Shown here: positions 28,774 to 39,055 of the stretch, piece after piece | Numbering within the stretch: position 1 is the first letter of the stretch | How the letters are laid out: every line of letters begins with the position of its first letter | NCBI GenBank assembly: GCA_946496575.1 | Contig: CAMMHE010000003.1 | Location: 5,465-69,464, forward strand | From: an uncultured Clostridium sp. | GTDB taxonomy: Bacteria > Bacillota > Clostridia > TANB77 > CAG-508 | DNA: 64,000 nucleotides | Direction: 5' to 3' | The notes under the pieces: model-generated | Database searches by the model: none | Told to the model about the DNA's origin: nothing | What the model saw: only the letters and a program-made list of their open reading frames with translations | Made by a program: the position numbers and the translations under genes

Positions 28774-30114
28774 TTATTTTATAAGCTTATTTATAACTTC
28801 ATCCATTTTTGAAACTTCAAAATCTAAATCAGTATAACAATCTATCCACACAAATTTACCATTTGTCTCACATAAGTATATTACTGCAATATACTCATTT
28901 TCTATTATTTCGCCATTTTCATCAGTATTTTGAGTTTTATATTTATAATCATAACTCTTAAATACTTTTCCTCCCATTTCCTTATCAGATAATTTACTTA
29001 CATTTTCTTCTCCCCAATTTTGTACAATATATTCTCTATCGGCTTGAATTAATGTATTTGCATCATAATCTTCATCAATATTAGATTTATCCATTATTGT
29101 ACCATATATTTCATATTTATTATTTACTTCGTCTAATATTGCAAAATCATAATATTCTGCATAATCTTCACCAAAAATTTCACTTAATTCTTCTTTTGTT
29201 GTATATATTGCCTGTTCGCTTAAAGTTGTTAAAGTTATATCTGTATTTGGTACTTTATATTCTTCACCAATTGATCCTAATATAGCTATAATAATACCAA
29301 TTACTATTATTATTACTACTATTATTGCTAATGTTTTAGATGATTTATTATTATGATTTATATTTCCAGCATTTAGTAGTTTTGATTGCTCATCTATATC
29401 ATCATAATAATATTTTCCTTTATATTTTTTTAATAATTTTACAGATTGTGCTGAAGAAAAATACTCGTTTATTTTATTTCGTTGTATATTGTAAGTCATT
29501 TCTAATTCATTTGCAATTTCTTGTTTTGTAACTGCATTTTCTTTTTGCATGCAATTTAGACTCACGCATACTTTTTTTACTACTTCAGATTGTTCTTGAA
29601 TTCTTTTTCTATCTTCTTCAATTGCTGCTTGTGTATTAAATTTTAGATTTTCTCCAGCTGTTCCATTCTTAATTTGTATACTAACAGAACGTACTACTGC
29701 AGCAATACCCAATACTGTAAAAGCTACAGATACCAATAAATCTTGCATTATAGCACTTTTTACATCTTCTATTGCATATAATCTTTCTAAATTATTCCAT
29801 GTAGCATTTAATCCTTCTTTTTTTAATAAAACCATTGGACATATCACAAGAGTTACAAAAATAACTACTATTAATGATACTGTTGTAATTATTACAGGAA
29901 GTCCTTTTCCTATTTTGCCTTTTAAAATTTTATATCCTAAAAATGCTCCTCCAGCTATTAATGTTGCTAGCACTGCAACTATCATATTAGCATATGAATA
30001 TGCCAATATCCATGGTATTGATGCTATTAAACCTCCTATTACTGCACCAATAATACCTGTAACATAGCTACCTTCAAAATTTTTTATTACTTCTTGATTT
30101 TCATTTTCATTCAT
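28774..30114 (-). CDS. hypothetical membrane protein (four TM helices, a cytoplasmic segment, one TM helix, an extracellular domain)
   Basis: Hydrophobicity pattern only. Confidence 0.35.
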   Translation of the reverse strand: MNENENQEVIKNFEGSYVTGIIGAVIGGLIASIPWILAYSYANMIVAVLATLIAGGAFLGYKILKGKIGKGLPVIITTVSLIVVIFVTLVICPMVLLKKEGLNATWNNLERLYAIEDVKSAIMQDLLVSVAFTVLGIAAVVRSVSIQIKNGTAGENLKFNTQAAIEEDRKRIQEQSEVVKKVCVSLNCMQKENAVTKQEIANELEMTYNIQRNKINEYFSSAQSVKLLKKYKGKYYYDDIDEQSKLLNAGNINHNNKSSKTLAIIVVIIIVIGIIIAILGSIGEEYKVPNTDITLTTLSEQAIYTTKEELSEIFGEDYAEYYDFAILDEVNNKYEIYGTIMDKSNIDEDYDANTLIQADREYIVQNWGEENVSKLSDKEMGGKVFKSYDYKYKTQNTDENGEIIENEYIAVIYLCETNGKFVWIDCYTDLDFEVSKMDEVINKLIK

Positions 30115-30151
30115 ATTAAATTCCCCCTTTTATTTTCTTAATTATTACTTT

Positions 30152-31474
30152 TTAAGCTGTTTTGTTTTTTTGCCCTGCAGTTTTTCTTTTTGCTTTTAAT
30201 TTCTCTTCTTTTAAATTATTTATTGCGTTTTTTTCATTTATAACTAATCTTGGTTTTCCATTCTCTAATACAGTTTCCTTTGTAATAATGCATTTTTCTA
30301 TGTTAGAATTAGAAGGAATTTCAAACATTATATCTCTCATGATTTCTTCTATAATTGAACGAAGTCCTCTAGCCCCTGTTTTTCTCTCTATTGCTTTATC
30401 TACTATCGTTTCAAGTGCTTCTTGTTCAAATTCAAGTTCTACATTATCAAATTCGAATAGTTTTTTATATTGTTTAACTAAAGCATTTTTAGGTTCTACA
30501 AGTATTTTTATCAATGCCTCTTTGTCTAATTCTTTTATTGTTGCAATTATAGGCAATCTACCTATGAATTCAGGAATTAATCCAAATTTTAATAGATCTT
30601 GAGGCAAAAGTTCTTTAAAGATTTCATACTTGTTTATTTCTTTTTCACTTTGAATTACTGTTCCAAATCCTATTGCATTTTTTCCAGTTCTTTCTTTAAT
30701 AATTTTTTCTAATCCTTCAAATGCTCCTCCACATATAAACAATATGTTTTCCGTATTTATCTGGATTAATTCTTGATGCGGATGCTTTCTTCCACCTTGT
30801 GGTGGAACTGAAGCTATCGTTCCTTCTATTATTTTAAGTAATGCTTGTTGAACTCCTTCTCCACTTACATCTCTTGTAATAGATGGGTTTTCTGACTTTC
30901 TTGTTATTTTATCAATTTCGTCAATATATACTATTCCTTTTTCTGCCTTTTCTACATCTCCATCAGCAGCCTGTATTAGTTTTAGTAATATATTTTCAAC
31001 ATCTTCACCCACATATCCAGCTTCTGTTAATGTTGTTGCATCGGCTATAGCAAATGGTACTCTTAATATTTTAGCTAATGTACTTGCAAGTAATGTTTTT
31101 CCACATCCTGTTGGCCCTAATAATAATACATTACTTTTTTGTATTTCTACATCATCTTCATTTTCTTTATTGTTGGCTATTCTTTTATAATGGTTATACA
31201 CTGCTACTGATAAAGTTCTTTTAGCTTCTTCCTGTCCTATAACGTAATTGTCTAAAATTTTCTTTATCTCTTTTGGATTTGGAATATTTTCTAATTCGTT
31301 TAATGTGTAGCTTTCATCTTCTTCAATTATTTCATTCTCTATTATTGAATTACATAATTCTACACATTCATCACAAATATATACACCCGGTCCTGCTACT
31401 AGTCTTTTTACATTTTCTTGAGTTTTACCACAAAAAGAACATTTTACACTTTTTGGTATATCATTTTTTGCCAT
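30152..31474 (-). CDS. clpX: ATP-dependent Clp protease ATP-binding subunit ClpX
   Basis: Zinc finger CSFCGKT...CDEC, Walker [18 protein letters not shown], and a C-terminal GARGLRSI sensor motif. Start set at MAKNDIP, which has RBS aaaggaga. Confidence 0.95.
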   Translation of the reverse strand: MAKNDIPKSVKCSFCGKTQENVKRLVAGPGVYICDECVELCNSIIENEIIEEDESYTLNELENIPNPKEIKKILDNYVIGQEEAKRTLSVAVYNHYKRIANNKENEDDVEIQKSNVLLLGPTGCGKTLLASTLAKILRVPFAIADATTLTEAGYVGEDVENILLKLIQAADGDVEKAEKGIVYIDEIDKITRKSENPSITRDVSGEGVQQALLKIIEGTIASVPPQGGRKHPHQELIQINTENILFICGGAFEGLEKIIKERTGKNAIGFGTVIQSEKEINKYEIFKELLPQDLLKFGLIPEFIGRLPIIATIKELDKEALIKILVEPKNALVKQYKKLFEFDNVELEFEQEALETIVDKAIERKTGARGLRSIIEEIMRDIMFEIPSNSNIEKCIITKETVLENGKPRLVINEKNAINNLKEEKLKAKRKTAGQKNKTA

Positions 31475-31523
31475 TTTGTCTCCTTTCAAATTTGATCTTT
31501 TATAATTTTATTTAATCAAAAAT

Positions 31524-31542
31524 GGGACATAAAATCTGTCCC
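31524..31542 (-). terminator. hairpin terminator downstream of clpP
   Basis: gggacat-aaaat-ctgtccc, with a T-run on the minus strand. Confidence 0.5.
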
Positions 31543-31551
31543 ACGAGCTGA

Positions 31552-32154
31552 TTATTTTCTTTTATCCATAATTCCATCAATTAATCCATAAGCCAAAGCT
31601 TGTTCTGCTGTCATATAATTATCTCTTTCTGTATCTCTTTGAATTGTTTCTAAACTTTGACCTGTTCTATCACTTAATAATTTATTCAATTTTTCTCTAG
31701 TTTTTACCATGTGATCTGCATGTATTTTTATTTCAGTTGTTTGTCCTGAAAGTCCTCCACCTGCTATCAATGGTTGGTGAATTAGTATTTCAGCATTTGG
31801 TGTCGCAAATCTTTTGCCTTTTTCTCCTGATGCTAAAAGTACCGCACCCATACTTGCTGCCATTCCTACACACATTGTAGATACAGGACATTTTATATAG
31901 TTCATAGTATCTACTATTCCCATTCCATCTGTAATTGATCCTCCTGGTGAATTTATATATAAATAAATTTCCTTATCAGGATCTTCTGATTCTAAGAAAA
32001 ATAACTGTGCTATTACTAAACTTGCTGTAGTTGCATTTACTTCTTCTCCCAAAAATATTATTCTGTCTTTCAATAATCTTGAGAATATGTCATATGATCT
32101 TTCACCTTTACTTGTTTGTTCAATAACATATGGTACTAAACTATTTTGAAACAT
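31552..32154 (-). CDS. clpP: ATP-dependent Clp protease proteolytic subunit
   Basis: [34 protein letters not shown] (Ser), IHQPL (His). Confidence 0.95.
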   Translation of the reverse strand: MFQNSLVPYVIEQTSKGERSYDIFSRLLKDRIIFLGEEVNATTASLVIAQLFFLESEDPDKEIYLYINSPGGSITDGMGIVDTMNYIKCPVSTMCVGMAASMGAVLLASGEKGKRFATPNAEILIHQPLIAGGGLSGQTTEIKIHADHMVKTREKLNKLLSDRTGQSLETIQRDTERDNYMTAEQALAYGLIDGIMDKRK

Positions 32155-32168
32155 AAGTTTCCTCCTTT

Positions 32169-33461
32169 TTATTTTTTATTTTTTTCTTTTGCATTAGAAA
32201 CTAAAAATTCTATTGCTTTTTCAGTTTCAATTCCTTCTTTTATATATTTTTTTAGGTTTTCATTTTCTTTTATTTCTTCTTCTTTTTTGCCATAATTTTC
32301 TGCCATCTCTTTAATTTTATTATTAATTTCTTCATCTGTGACTTCTATTTTTTCTGCCTTTATAACTGCTTCTAAAGCTAATCTTGATTTTATTGCTTCT
32401 ATTGCTTGTGGTTCATATTCTTTTTTTATTTCTTCTACTGTTTTTCCTAGCATTTGTAAATATTGCTCTAATTTCATTCCTTGATATGAAAGTCTTTGTT
32501 CAATATCTTTTAACATATTTTCTGTTTCTAAATCTATCATTCCAGATGGAATATCAACCTTCATTTCTTCACAAACAGCTTTAATTGCAGCTTCTTGTTT
32601 TTCATATTTTTCTTTATCTTTATTTTGCTTTTCCTGTTTTTCTTTTATACTTGCTTTTAATTCTTCTAATGTATCAAATTCACTAACATCTTTTGCAAAT
32701 TCATCATCTAATTTTGGTAGTTCTTTCTTTTTTATTTCATGAAGTTTTACTTTAAATATAGCATCTTTTCCAGCTAAATCTGCTGAAAAATATTCTTCTG
32801 GGAATTTTACTTGTATGTCTTTTTCTTCATCGATTTTCATCCCTATTATTTGCTCTTCAAATCCTGGTATAAATGCTCCACTTCCAATTTCTAGCTCATA
32901 ATTTTCTGCTTTTCCACCTTCAAATGTTTTTCCGTCAACAAATCCTTCAAAATCAATGACAGTTATATTTCCATTTTTTACTGGCTCATTTTCTACTGAT
33001 ACTAATCTTGAATTTCTGTCTTGCATTTGTTTTAATTCATTTGTTATGCTTTCATCTGTTACATTATACTCTATTTTTGGAATTTCTATACCCTTATATT
33101 TTCCTAATTCTGCGTGTGGTTTTGTTTGCACAATTGCTGTAAATATTAGATCTTTTCCTTTTTCTATTTGCTTTATATCTATATTAGGCCTACTTACTGC
33201 TTCTATTTCATTTTCTTTTAATGCTTGCTCATAAGCTTCCCCTGCTACTTCATTAAATGCATCTTCGTAAAATATCTCTTTTCCGTAATATTTTTCTACA
33301 ACATTCATTGGTGCTTTTCCTTTTCTAAAGCCAGGTATATTAATATATTTTGCGTTTTTAAAATATACTTTTTTCATGGCATCTTCAAATTTTGATGCTT
33401 CTACTGTTATCTCTAATTTTACTTCATTTGCATTTTCTGTGTTTTCAATTTTACAATTCAT
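32169..33461 (-). CDS. tig: trigger factor
   Basis: PGFRKGKAP ribosome-binding motif and an FKBP domain ([29 protein letters not shown]). Start set at MNCKIENTE. Confidence 0.9.
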   Translation of the reverse strand: MNCKIENTENANEVKLEITVEASKFEDAMKKVYFKNAKYINIPGFRKGKAPMNVVEKYYGKEIFYEDAFNEVAGEAYEQALKENEIEAVSRPNIDIKQIEKGKDLIFTAIVQTKPHAELGKYKGIEIPKIEYNVTDESITNELKQMQDRNSRLVSVENEPVKNGNITVIDFEGFVDGKTFEGGKAENYELEIGSGAFIPGFEEQIIGMKIDEEKDIQVKFPEEYFSADLAGKDAIFKVKLHEIKKKELPKLDDEFAKDVSEFDTLEELKASIKEKQEKQNKDKEKYEKQEAAIKAVCEEMKVDIPSGMIDLETENMLKDIEQRLSYQGMKLEQYLQMLGKTVEEIKKEYEPQAIEAIKSRLALEAVIKAEKIEVTDEEINNKIKEMAENYGKKEEEIKENENLKKYIKEGIETEKAIEFLVSNAKEKNKK

Positions 33462-33648
33462 TTTCTTTCTTCCTTTCAATATACTATGTAGTGTTTTTTA
33501 TATAATTTAAAATGCTTTTAGCTTTTATATTATACCATATTTTTCATATATTGCAAGAAAATTTTTAAAATACTTGTTTTTTTTTGATATTTGTGTTAAA
33601 CTAATATTTAGTCAAATTTATTTTTACAATTCGGGAGGTGCAATGTAA

Positions 33649-33849
33649 ATGGCAAAATGTGAAATATGTCAAAAAGAAGCTATTCATGGAAATAAATTAA
33701 GTATTACTCGTTCTCATATTAGTAAAAGGTCTCCTCGTACTTGGAAACCAAATTTAAGAAGAATTAAGGCTGATATTAATGGAGAAACTAAAACTATTCA
33801 TGTATGTGCTAAATGTTTAAAAAATGGTAAAGTTAAAAGAGCAGTTTAA
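33649..33849 (+). CDS. rpmB: 50S ribosomal protein L28
   Basis: MAKCEICQK...GNKLSITRSHISKRSPRTWKPNL; 66 aa. Confidence 0.9.
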   Translation: MAKCEICQKEAIHGNKLSITRSHISKRSPRTWKPNLRRIKADINGETKTIHVCAKCLKNGKVKRAV

Positions 33850-33861
33850 GGCTCTTTTTTT
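33836..33861 (+). terminator. rho-independent terminator after rpmB
   Basis: aaagagc-agtttaag-gctcttt, then a T-run. Confidence 0.6.
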
Positions 33862-33945
33862 GTGGTTTATTATTTTTTCTTGTTATGTATAATATTATCT
33901 AAGTAATTTTATATTTTTGATTGCATATATTTATTTCAGAGGTGC

Positions 33946-34989
33946 ATGTACATGATAAGGGTCTTTAGATTGAAAAATATAATTCTTCCTATTTTATTTC
34001 TTACTTTTGCTATTTGTTTAGTACTATTTTCTTCTACAAATTTATCTGCTGCTAAAAATGGACTTAATTTATGGGCTAATTCAGTGATTCCTTCTCTTTT
34101 TCCTTTTTTTGTGGCTACAGAATTACTTTCATATACTAATATTATAAATATTATTGGCAAACGATTAAATAAATTTATGAAACCTTTTTTTAATGTTCGT
34201 GGAGAAGGTGCTTTTGCATTTCTTATGGGAATTATAAGTGGTTATCCTGTTGGTGCAAAGATTGCAAGTAATTTTAGGAATAATAATATTTGCTCAAAAG
34301 AAGAATGTGAAAGACTTTTAGCTTTTACTAATAATTCTGGACCTTTATTTATTATTGCTACTGTCGGAATTGGAATGTACGCAAGTTCTACAATCGGTAT
34401 TCTTTTATTCATTACCCATATTTTAGCTTGTATCACTGTTGGATTCTTGTTTCGATTTTGGAAATATAAACATTCTGATAATAATAATCCACATTACTTT
34501 TCATCAAATAACATAAAAACATCAAATTTAAGTGTATCCTTTTCAAATTTAGGGGAAATTATAGGGAAAAGTATTACTAATTCTATTTCAACTGTATTAA
34601 ATATCGGTGGTTTTGTCGTTATATTTTCTGTTGTAATTTCTATAATAAAAACTAGTCATTTTATAGCATTTTTTGAACCAATATTTAATTTTTTGCACAT
34701 TCCCTTTAAATTATCAGAGAATTTTATTTTAGGAATTGTTGAAATTACAAATGGTATTTTTTCTATTTCTACTATTCCTGAAAAAAAGATTTCTATTAAT
34801 ATTATTTTAACAGCATTTTTGCTTGGATGTGGAGGTATTTCTATTTTATTACAAGTTTGGAGTATAACTTCTAAAACTGATTTATCTATTAAACCTTATA
34901 TTATTGGTAAAATTCTTCATGGCTTATTTGCTTCCCTTTATGTTTTTATTTTTATTCATGTTTTCCCCTTTTTTTGTTTTGATCTATAA
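33946..34989 (+). CDS. ylbJ: sporulation integral membrane protein YlbJ-like (nucleoside-recognition/Gate domain)
   Basis: Polytopic. Motifs AAKNGLNLWANSVIPSLFPFFV and FLMGIISGYPVGAK are typical of YlbJ. Confidence 0.6.
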   Translation: MYMIRVFRLKNIILPILFLTFAICLVLFSSTNLSAAKNGLNLWANSVIPSLFPFFVATELLSYTNIINIIGKRLNKFMKPFFNVRGEGAFAFLMGIISGYPVGAKIASNFRNNNICSKEECERLLAFTNNSGPLFIIATVGIGMYASSTIGILLFITHILACITVGFLFRFWKYKHSDNNNPHYFSSNNIKTSNLSVSFSNLGEIIGKSITNSISTVLNIGGFVVIFSVVISIIKTSHFIAFFEPIFNFLHIPFKLSENFILGIVEITNGIFSISTIPEKKISINIILTAFLLGCGGISILLQVWSITSKTDLSIKPYIIGKILHGLFASLYVFIFIHVFPFFCFDL

Positions 34990-35015
34990 TAAATTTGAGC
35001 TTTAAATAAAAATTC

Positions 35016-35052
35016 ACCGTATTTAGTATTTACTATACTAAATACGGTTTTT
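35016..35052. terminator. bidirectional terminator between ylbJ and veg
   Basis: accgtatttagta-tttac-tatactaaatacggt, flanked by A and T runs. Confidence 0.7.
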
Positions 35053-35055
35053 ATA

Positions 35056-35352
35056 TTACAAACTCTTTCTTTTTCTTTTTTCTTGTGTTATTGGTGGAAT
35101 TAATGGGCTATATTCTTCTCCATTAAATACATCAACTTCAACAGTTCTCGTTAATACATCTGTATAACTATATGTTACATTTCTATCATTTTCCTGATAT
35201 TTTACTACAAAAATATTTGGATATGCTTTCTCTATAGTGGCTTCTTTTTCAAAGGCTCTACTTCTTCCTAAAGATCCTTTTACTATTATCTTTTGACCTA
35301 CTTTCTCAAAAATGTTAGTTTTTAAAGTTAATATATCTGATTTGCAAATCAT
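35056..35352 (-). CDS. veg: Veg protein
   Basis: GQKIIVKGSLGRSRAFEKEATIEKAYPNIFVV...VTYSYTDVLTRTVEV matches Veg. Start set at MICKSD, which has RBS aggtga. The yabG-veg adjacency matches B. subtilis. Confidence 0.8.
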   Translation of the reverse strand: MICKSDILTLKTNIFEKVGQKIIVKGSLGRSRAFEKEATIEKAYPNIFVVKYQENDRNVTYSYTDVLTRTVEVDVFNGEEYSPLIPPITQEKRKRKSL

Positions 35353-35515
35353 TTGATCACCTACTTCGATTATTTTGTGCAAAGTATATCATCAAACAAT
35401 TAACGTGTCAACTGATGTCATTTTTTGGCATTTTAGCTTTTTCATTTATTTTTCAATGGTTTCAAGGATCGTTTTGGCAAATGTTACATTTATGTTACAT
35501 TTATATTACAAAATA

Positions 35516-36038
35516 TCATATAAATATTATTCCCTTTTTTCCATATGTTCCTAATCCCCCTATTCCCCTTTTTCCGTCTCTTAATTCATTTGCAATATCA
35601 TCTATAGTGATATATTTGTGTTCATCTGTTACTGCTACTTCTTTTGCTACTATTAACGGATCTAAAAAATCTATTAGAATTCTGGCAGGTGATGAAGCAA
35701 AGTTAGCTCCTGCTGATATTAATGCTTCAAAGTAACTTTGACAAGCTCCCGCAAATATTACAAGATCTTTTTTCTTATCTTTGCTATATCTTCTGGCTTC
35801 TTTTACTGTTTCTGTAAAATGTTTTGAATTTCTATAATTATATATATCATTGTACCCTGTTTGGATTTTTATCATTCCATCATGACCTGTTATTACTAAT
35901 ATATCTGGATTATAGTATTCAAGTAATCTATATACTACTTTTGGTTGCTTATTTTCAGGAATATTTTTTACTATTGCTTTTAACCCTAATTTCTTATAAT
36001 ATTCTATTGATTTTTGACTATAATTTTTGTCTCCATCT
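35516..36038 (-). CDS. yabG: sporulation-specific protease YabG, 3' segment (catalytic domain)
   Basis: Own translation upstream of the track ORF: (ADGD)KNYSQKSIEYYKKLGLKAIVKNIPENKQPKVVYRLLEYYNPDILVITGHDGMIK...YRNSKHFTETVKEARR...LVIFAGACQSYFEALISAGANFASSP. This is colinear with B. subtilis YabG. No start codon or RBS at its 5' end. Confidence 0.85.
36027..36038. repeat. att core copy TTGTCTCCATCT (left junction of yabG element)
   Basis: Identical 12-mer at 43340..43351. On the gene strand it reads AGATGGAGACAA, the DGD codons. Confidence 0.85.
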
Positions 36039-36063
36039 GCTGACTGTAGTTTAGTAAATAAAT

Positions 36064-37365
36064 TTATTTAATTAAAAATGTTGCATATAAAGGTATGGAT
36101 TTTATATTGTTTGCATAGCCAAAATTTTTGCTTGAAACTCTTATTGCATATTTGGGATTGTATCTTTTTATATAAGCATTTAAACTCTGGCTACTAACAT
36201 TATCATTAGATTTTACTTCAATAGGAATAATCCCATCATCATTATAAAGAATAAAATCAATTTCTGCTTTGTTTCCTGATTCCCAATATATTAGTGGAAT
36301 TTTGTTTGCAACTAATTGTGTTGCAACATAATTTTCTGTTATAATTCCTTTGTATTGTAAAAGCTTATCTAATATTATATCATTGTACTTTATTTGTAAC
36401 AAATTCAATAAAATCCCTACATCACTTAAATATAGTTTAAAATGGTCTTCTATAATAAATCCTAAAGGTGGTATTTCTACTTTATTCAACATTGGGCATT
36501 TATGTACCATTGTACTAGAAAGAAGCCAATTTAAAGCTGTTTCGTAATCTCTTTTCCTTGCATTTGATGATATTTTTCCATATTGAAATTTATTACTTTG
36601 ATTTCCAAGTTGTGATGGTATTGATTTATATATATTTTCTATTTTACTTGCTTCAAATTTATTATCTACATATTTATTCATGTCATTTAAATATGATTGA
36701 TAAATATCTTCTATTATAGTTTTATCAAATTTCAAAATATCTTTATCGTTTTCAATCAAATTTTTTACAGCTTCTGGCATACCTCCAACACATAAATATA
36801 ATTTATATAATTCTATAGCTTTATTGTGTAATACGGAGTCCATTGGTATCATATTATCATAACAATTTCTAATCTCGTCAATAAGTGCTTGATTTCCATT
36901 TGCAATTAAAAATTCTTCAAAATCCATAGGATACATATTTAGCATTTTTACTTTCCCAACTGGAAATGATGAATGCATCCTTTTTAGTTTTACACCTAGT
37001 AAACTTCCTGCACATATTATTTTAAAAGGTTCACTACTTTCATTAAAGTATTTTAATGAACTTATTAATTCTTCTGATTCTTGAATTTCGTCAAAAAATA
37101 TGATTGTATTTTGCAAATTTATATCTTTATCTAAATATATTTTCATTCTTTTAAATTTTTCTGATGTATTTATTTCTTCTTTAAATATTTTTATGATTTC
37201 AGAGTGTTCTAATAAATTTATATATACATAATCCTCAAATTCTTTTTTGCAAAATTTATCTATTATGTATGTTTTCCCAATCTGTCTTGCTCCAATTATC
37301 ATTAATGGTTTTTGCATATTTGTGTTTTTCCATTCTATTAATTCTTTATAAATTTTTCTTTTCAT
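36064..37365 (-). CDS. AAA-family ATPase (AAA_14 + DUF4143 architecture)
   Basis: Walker A GARQIGKT, Walker B IIFFDEIQ, and a C-terminal ...AEIDFIL...IPIEVKS restriction-fold-like motif. Confidence 0.75.
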   Translation of the reverse strand: MKRKIYKELIEWKNTNMQKPLMIIGARQIGKTYIIDKFCKKEFEDYVYINLLEHSEIIKIFKEEINTSEKFKRMKIYLDKDINLQNTIIFFDEIQESEELISSLKYFNESSEPFKIICAGSLLGVKLKRMHSSFPVGKVKMLNMYPMDFEEFLIANGNQALIDEIRNCYDNMIPMDSVLHNKAIELYKLYLCVGGMPEAVKNLIENDKDILKFDKTIIEDIYQSYLNDMNKYVDNKFEASKIENIYKSIPSQLGNQSNKFQYGKISSNARKRDYETALNWLLSSTMVHKCPMLNKVEIPPLGFIIEDHFKLYLSDVGILLNLLQIKYNDIILDKLLQYKGIITENYVATQLVANKIPLIYWESGNKAEIDFILYNDDGIIPIEVKSNDNVSSQSLNAYIKRYNPKYAIRVSSKNFGYANNIKSIPLYATFLIK

Positions 37366-37418
37366 TGGACATTACCTCCAATATTATTATAGAATATTTT
37401 CATATATATGTCAAACAA

Positions 37419-37502
37419 ATTTCACGTTTTTAGCACCTTTTCTGCCATTCTATTTCACGTTTTTGATATGTTGTTTGTTGGCTCATTTCACGTTTTTGAT
37501 AT
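37419..37502. repeat. three direct repeats ATTTCACGTTTTT(GATAT) spaced exactly 33 bp
   Basis: Copies start at 37419, 37452 and 37485. They lie between the recombinase stop (37514) and the ATPase start (37365). Confidence 0.8.
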
Positions 37503-37513
37503 TTTTATATGTA

Positions 37514-39055
37514 CTATTTGTAGAAGAATATAGTTTTTATTTTTAATGTTCTATCTGTATAGAGAAGTATTTCACTTACCAATTCATCTAAATGATTCAT
37601 TAAATTATTTTTATCACAAAACTTATTAAATTTTTGTATTATTTCATTCTTTTTATTTTCATATATTATTTCATTAACTATCTGTTCCTTTAGCTTTTCA
37701 TAAGTTTCTATATTTTTATTTAGAGTATCTCTTTGTTTTATAAACTTATCTGTTGATATAATATTGTCTGTTTTCTCTAAATATAATTTTTTTATCTGTA
37801 ATTTATTTTTCTTAATTGCTTGTTGTAAATATTCCTTTTTATTTTTATATTTTTTTTGTTTTGCATAATATTTAGTAGAATTTTCAATAATATAGTCTTT
37901 TATTTTTTTATCCTTTAAGATTTCCATGAATTTAGAATAAATTATATTTTCTATTTTCTCTGTTGATATAGTATGTGTATTGTTACAGGTCTTATTTTTA
38001 TTTTTTCCATCTGGGCAATATAAACTATATGTAACTTTTCCATTTTCTCTTTTTTTACCGCTCACTTTCATAAAGTTACCACATTCTCCACACTTCACGA
38101 TACTTTCAAGTTTTCCATAATATTCTTTTTTTCTAGTTGTTTTTTCATTATTTCTTCTTATTTTTTCATTTGCTTTTTTAAATAATTCTTTACTAATAAT
38201 TGCTGGATGTGTATTTAATATAATTTCTCTTTTAGATTGGTTTATATAATTTCTCTTTTTTTGCCTATAATTTTTTTTACTTGATTTTCTTTTATAAGTA
38301 TTCCCAATATAAATTTGATTTCTAATAATACTATAAATAATACCTGGAGACCATTTATCATAATAGGTTTTATTTTTTGACTTTGTCATTTTTAAATACT
38401 GCATAGGTGAAAGTATTTTTTCTCTATTTAAGCTTTGCGCTACTTGATTTCTTGTCTTTCCATTTGCCATATCTTCAAATATTCTTTGTACTATATTTTT
38501 AACTTTTTCATCAGGAATTAATGTTATCTTTCCATTTCTTTCTTTTATTTTTTTATATCCATATGGTGCAATAAATCCCATATAATAACCTTGTTTAGTT
38601 TTTTGCTTTTTAACTTCTTGTATTTTTTTTGATGTTTCCTTTATATATCTGTCATTCATAATTCCTTTTATTCCAATCATAACTTCATCAATGTCATTTT
38701 TGTTTTTTATACTGTCATAGTTCTCATTTATTGCAATATATCGGATATTATGTTCTGGAAAATATCTTGTTATATAATAACTCGTTTCTATATATTCTCT
38801 TCCTAACCTTGAAAAATCTTTCGTTATTATTACTCCAATATTACCTTTTTCTAATTCTTTTAACATTTCCTCAAAAGCAGGTCTTGAAAAATTTATTCCT
38901 GAAAATCCATCATCTATATATTTTTTATGTATTTCAATTTGATTGTTTTTTGCATATTCTTCTATTAATGCAATTTGATTTAATATGCTTTCTGAATATG
39001 CATTTTTATCATCTTCTTCAGATAATCTTATATATGCACAATTAAACTTACTCAT
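37514..39055 (-). CDS. large serine recombinase (divergent paralogue)
   Basis: CAYIRLSEEDD...NQ...DDGFSGINFSRPAF...IITKDFSRLGRE, and a Cys cluster CGECGNFM...CPDG. The start overlaps the stop of the upstream recombinase gene by 8 nt. Confidence 0.85.
   Translation of the reverse strand: MSKFNCAYIRLSEEDDKNAYSESILNQIALIEEYAKNNQIEIHKKYIDDGFSGINFSRPAFEEMLKELEKGNIGVIITKDFSRLGREYIETSYYITRYFPEHNIRYIAINENYDSIKNKNDIDEVMIGIKGIMNDRYIKETSKKIQEVKKQKTKQGYYMGFIAPYGYKKIKERNGKITLIPDEKVKNIVQRIFEDMANGKTRNQVAQSLNREKILSPMQYLKMTKSKNKTYYDKWSPGIIYSIIRNQIYIGNTYKRKSSKKNYRQKKRNYINQSKREIILNTHPAIISKELFKKANEKIRRNNEKTTRKKEYYGKLESIVKCGECGNFMKVSGKKRENGKVTYSLYCPDGKNKNKTCNNTHTISTEKIENIIYSKFMEILKDKKIKDYIIENSTKYYAKQKKYKNKKEYLQQAIKKNKLQIKKLYLEKTDNIISTDKFIKQRDTLNKNIETYEKLKEQIVNEIIYENKKNEIIQKFNKFCDKNNLMNHLDELVSEILLYTDRTLKIKTIFFYK

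Noticed and set aside
35415-35735. Plus-strand 106-aa ORF between veg and yabG
   Set aside because: It lies antisense to the yabG catalytic segment, whose translation matches YabG motifs. It has no RBS.
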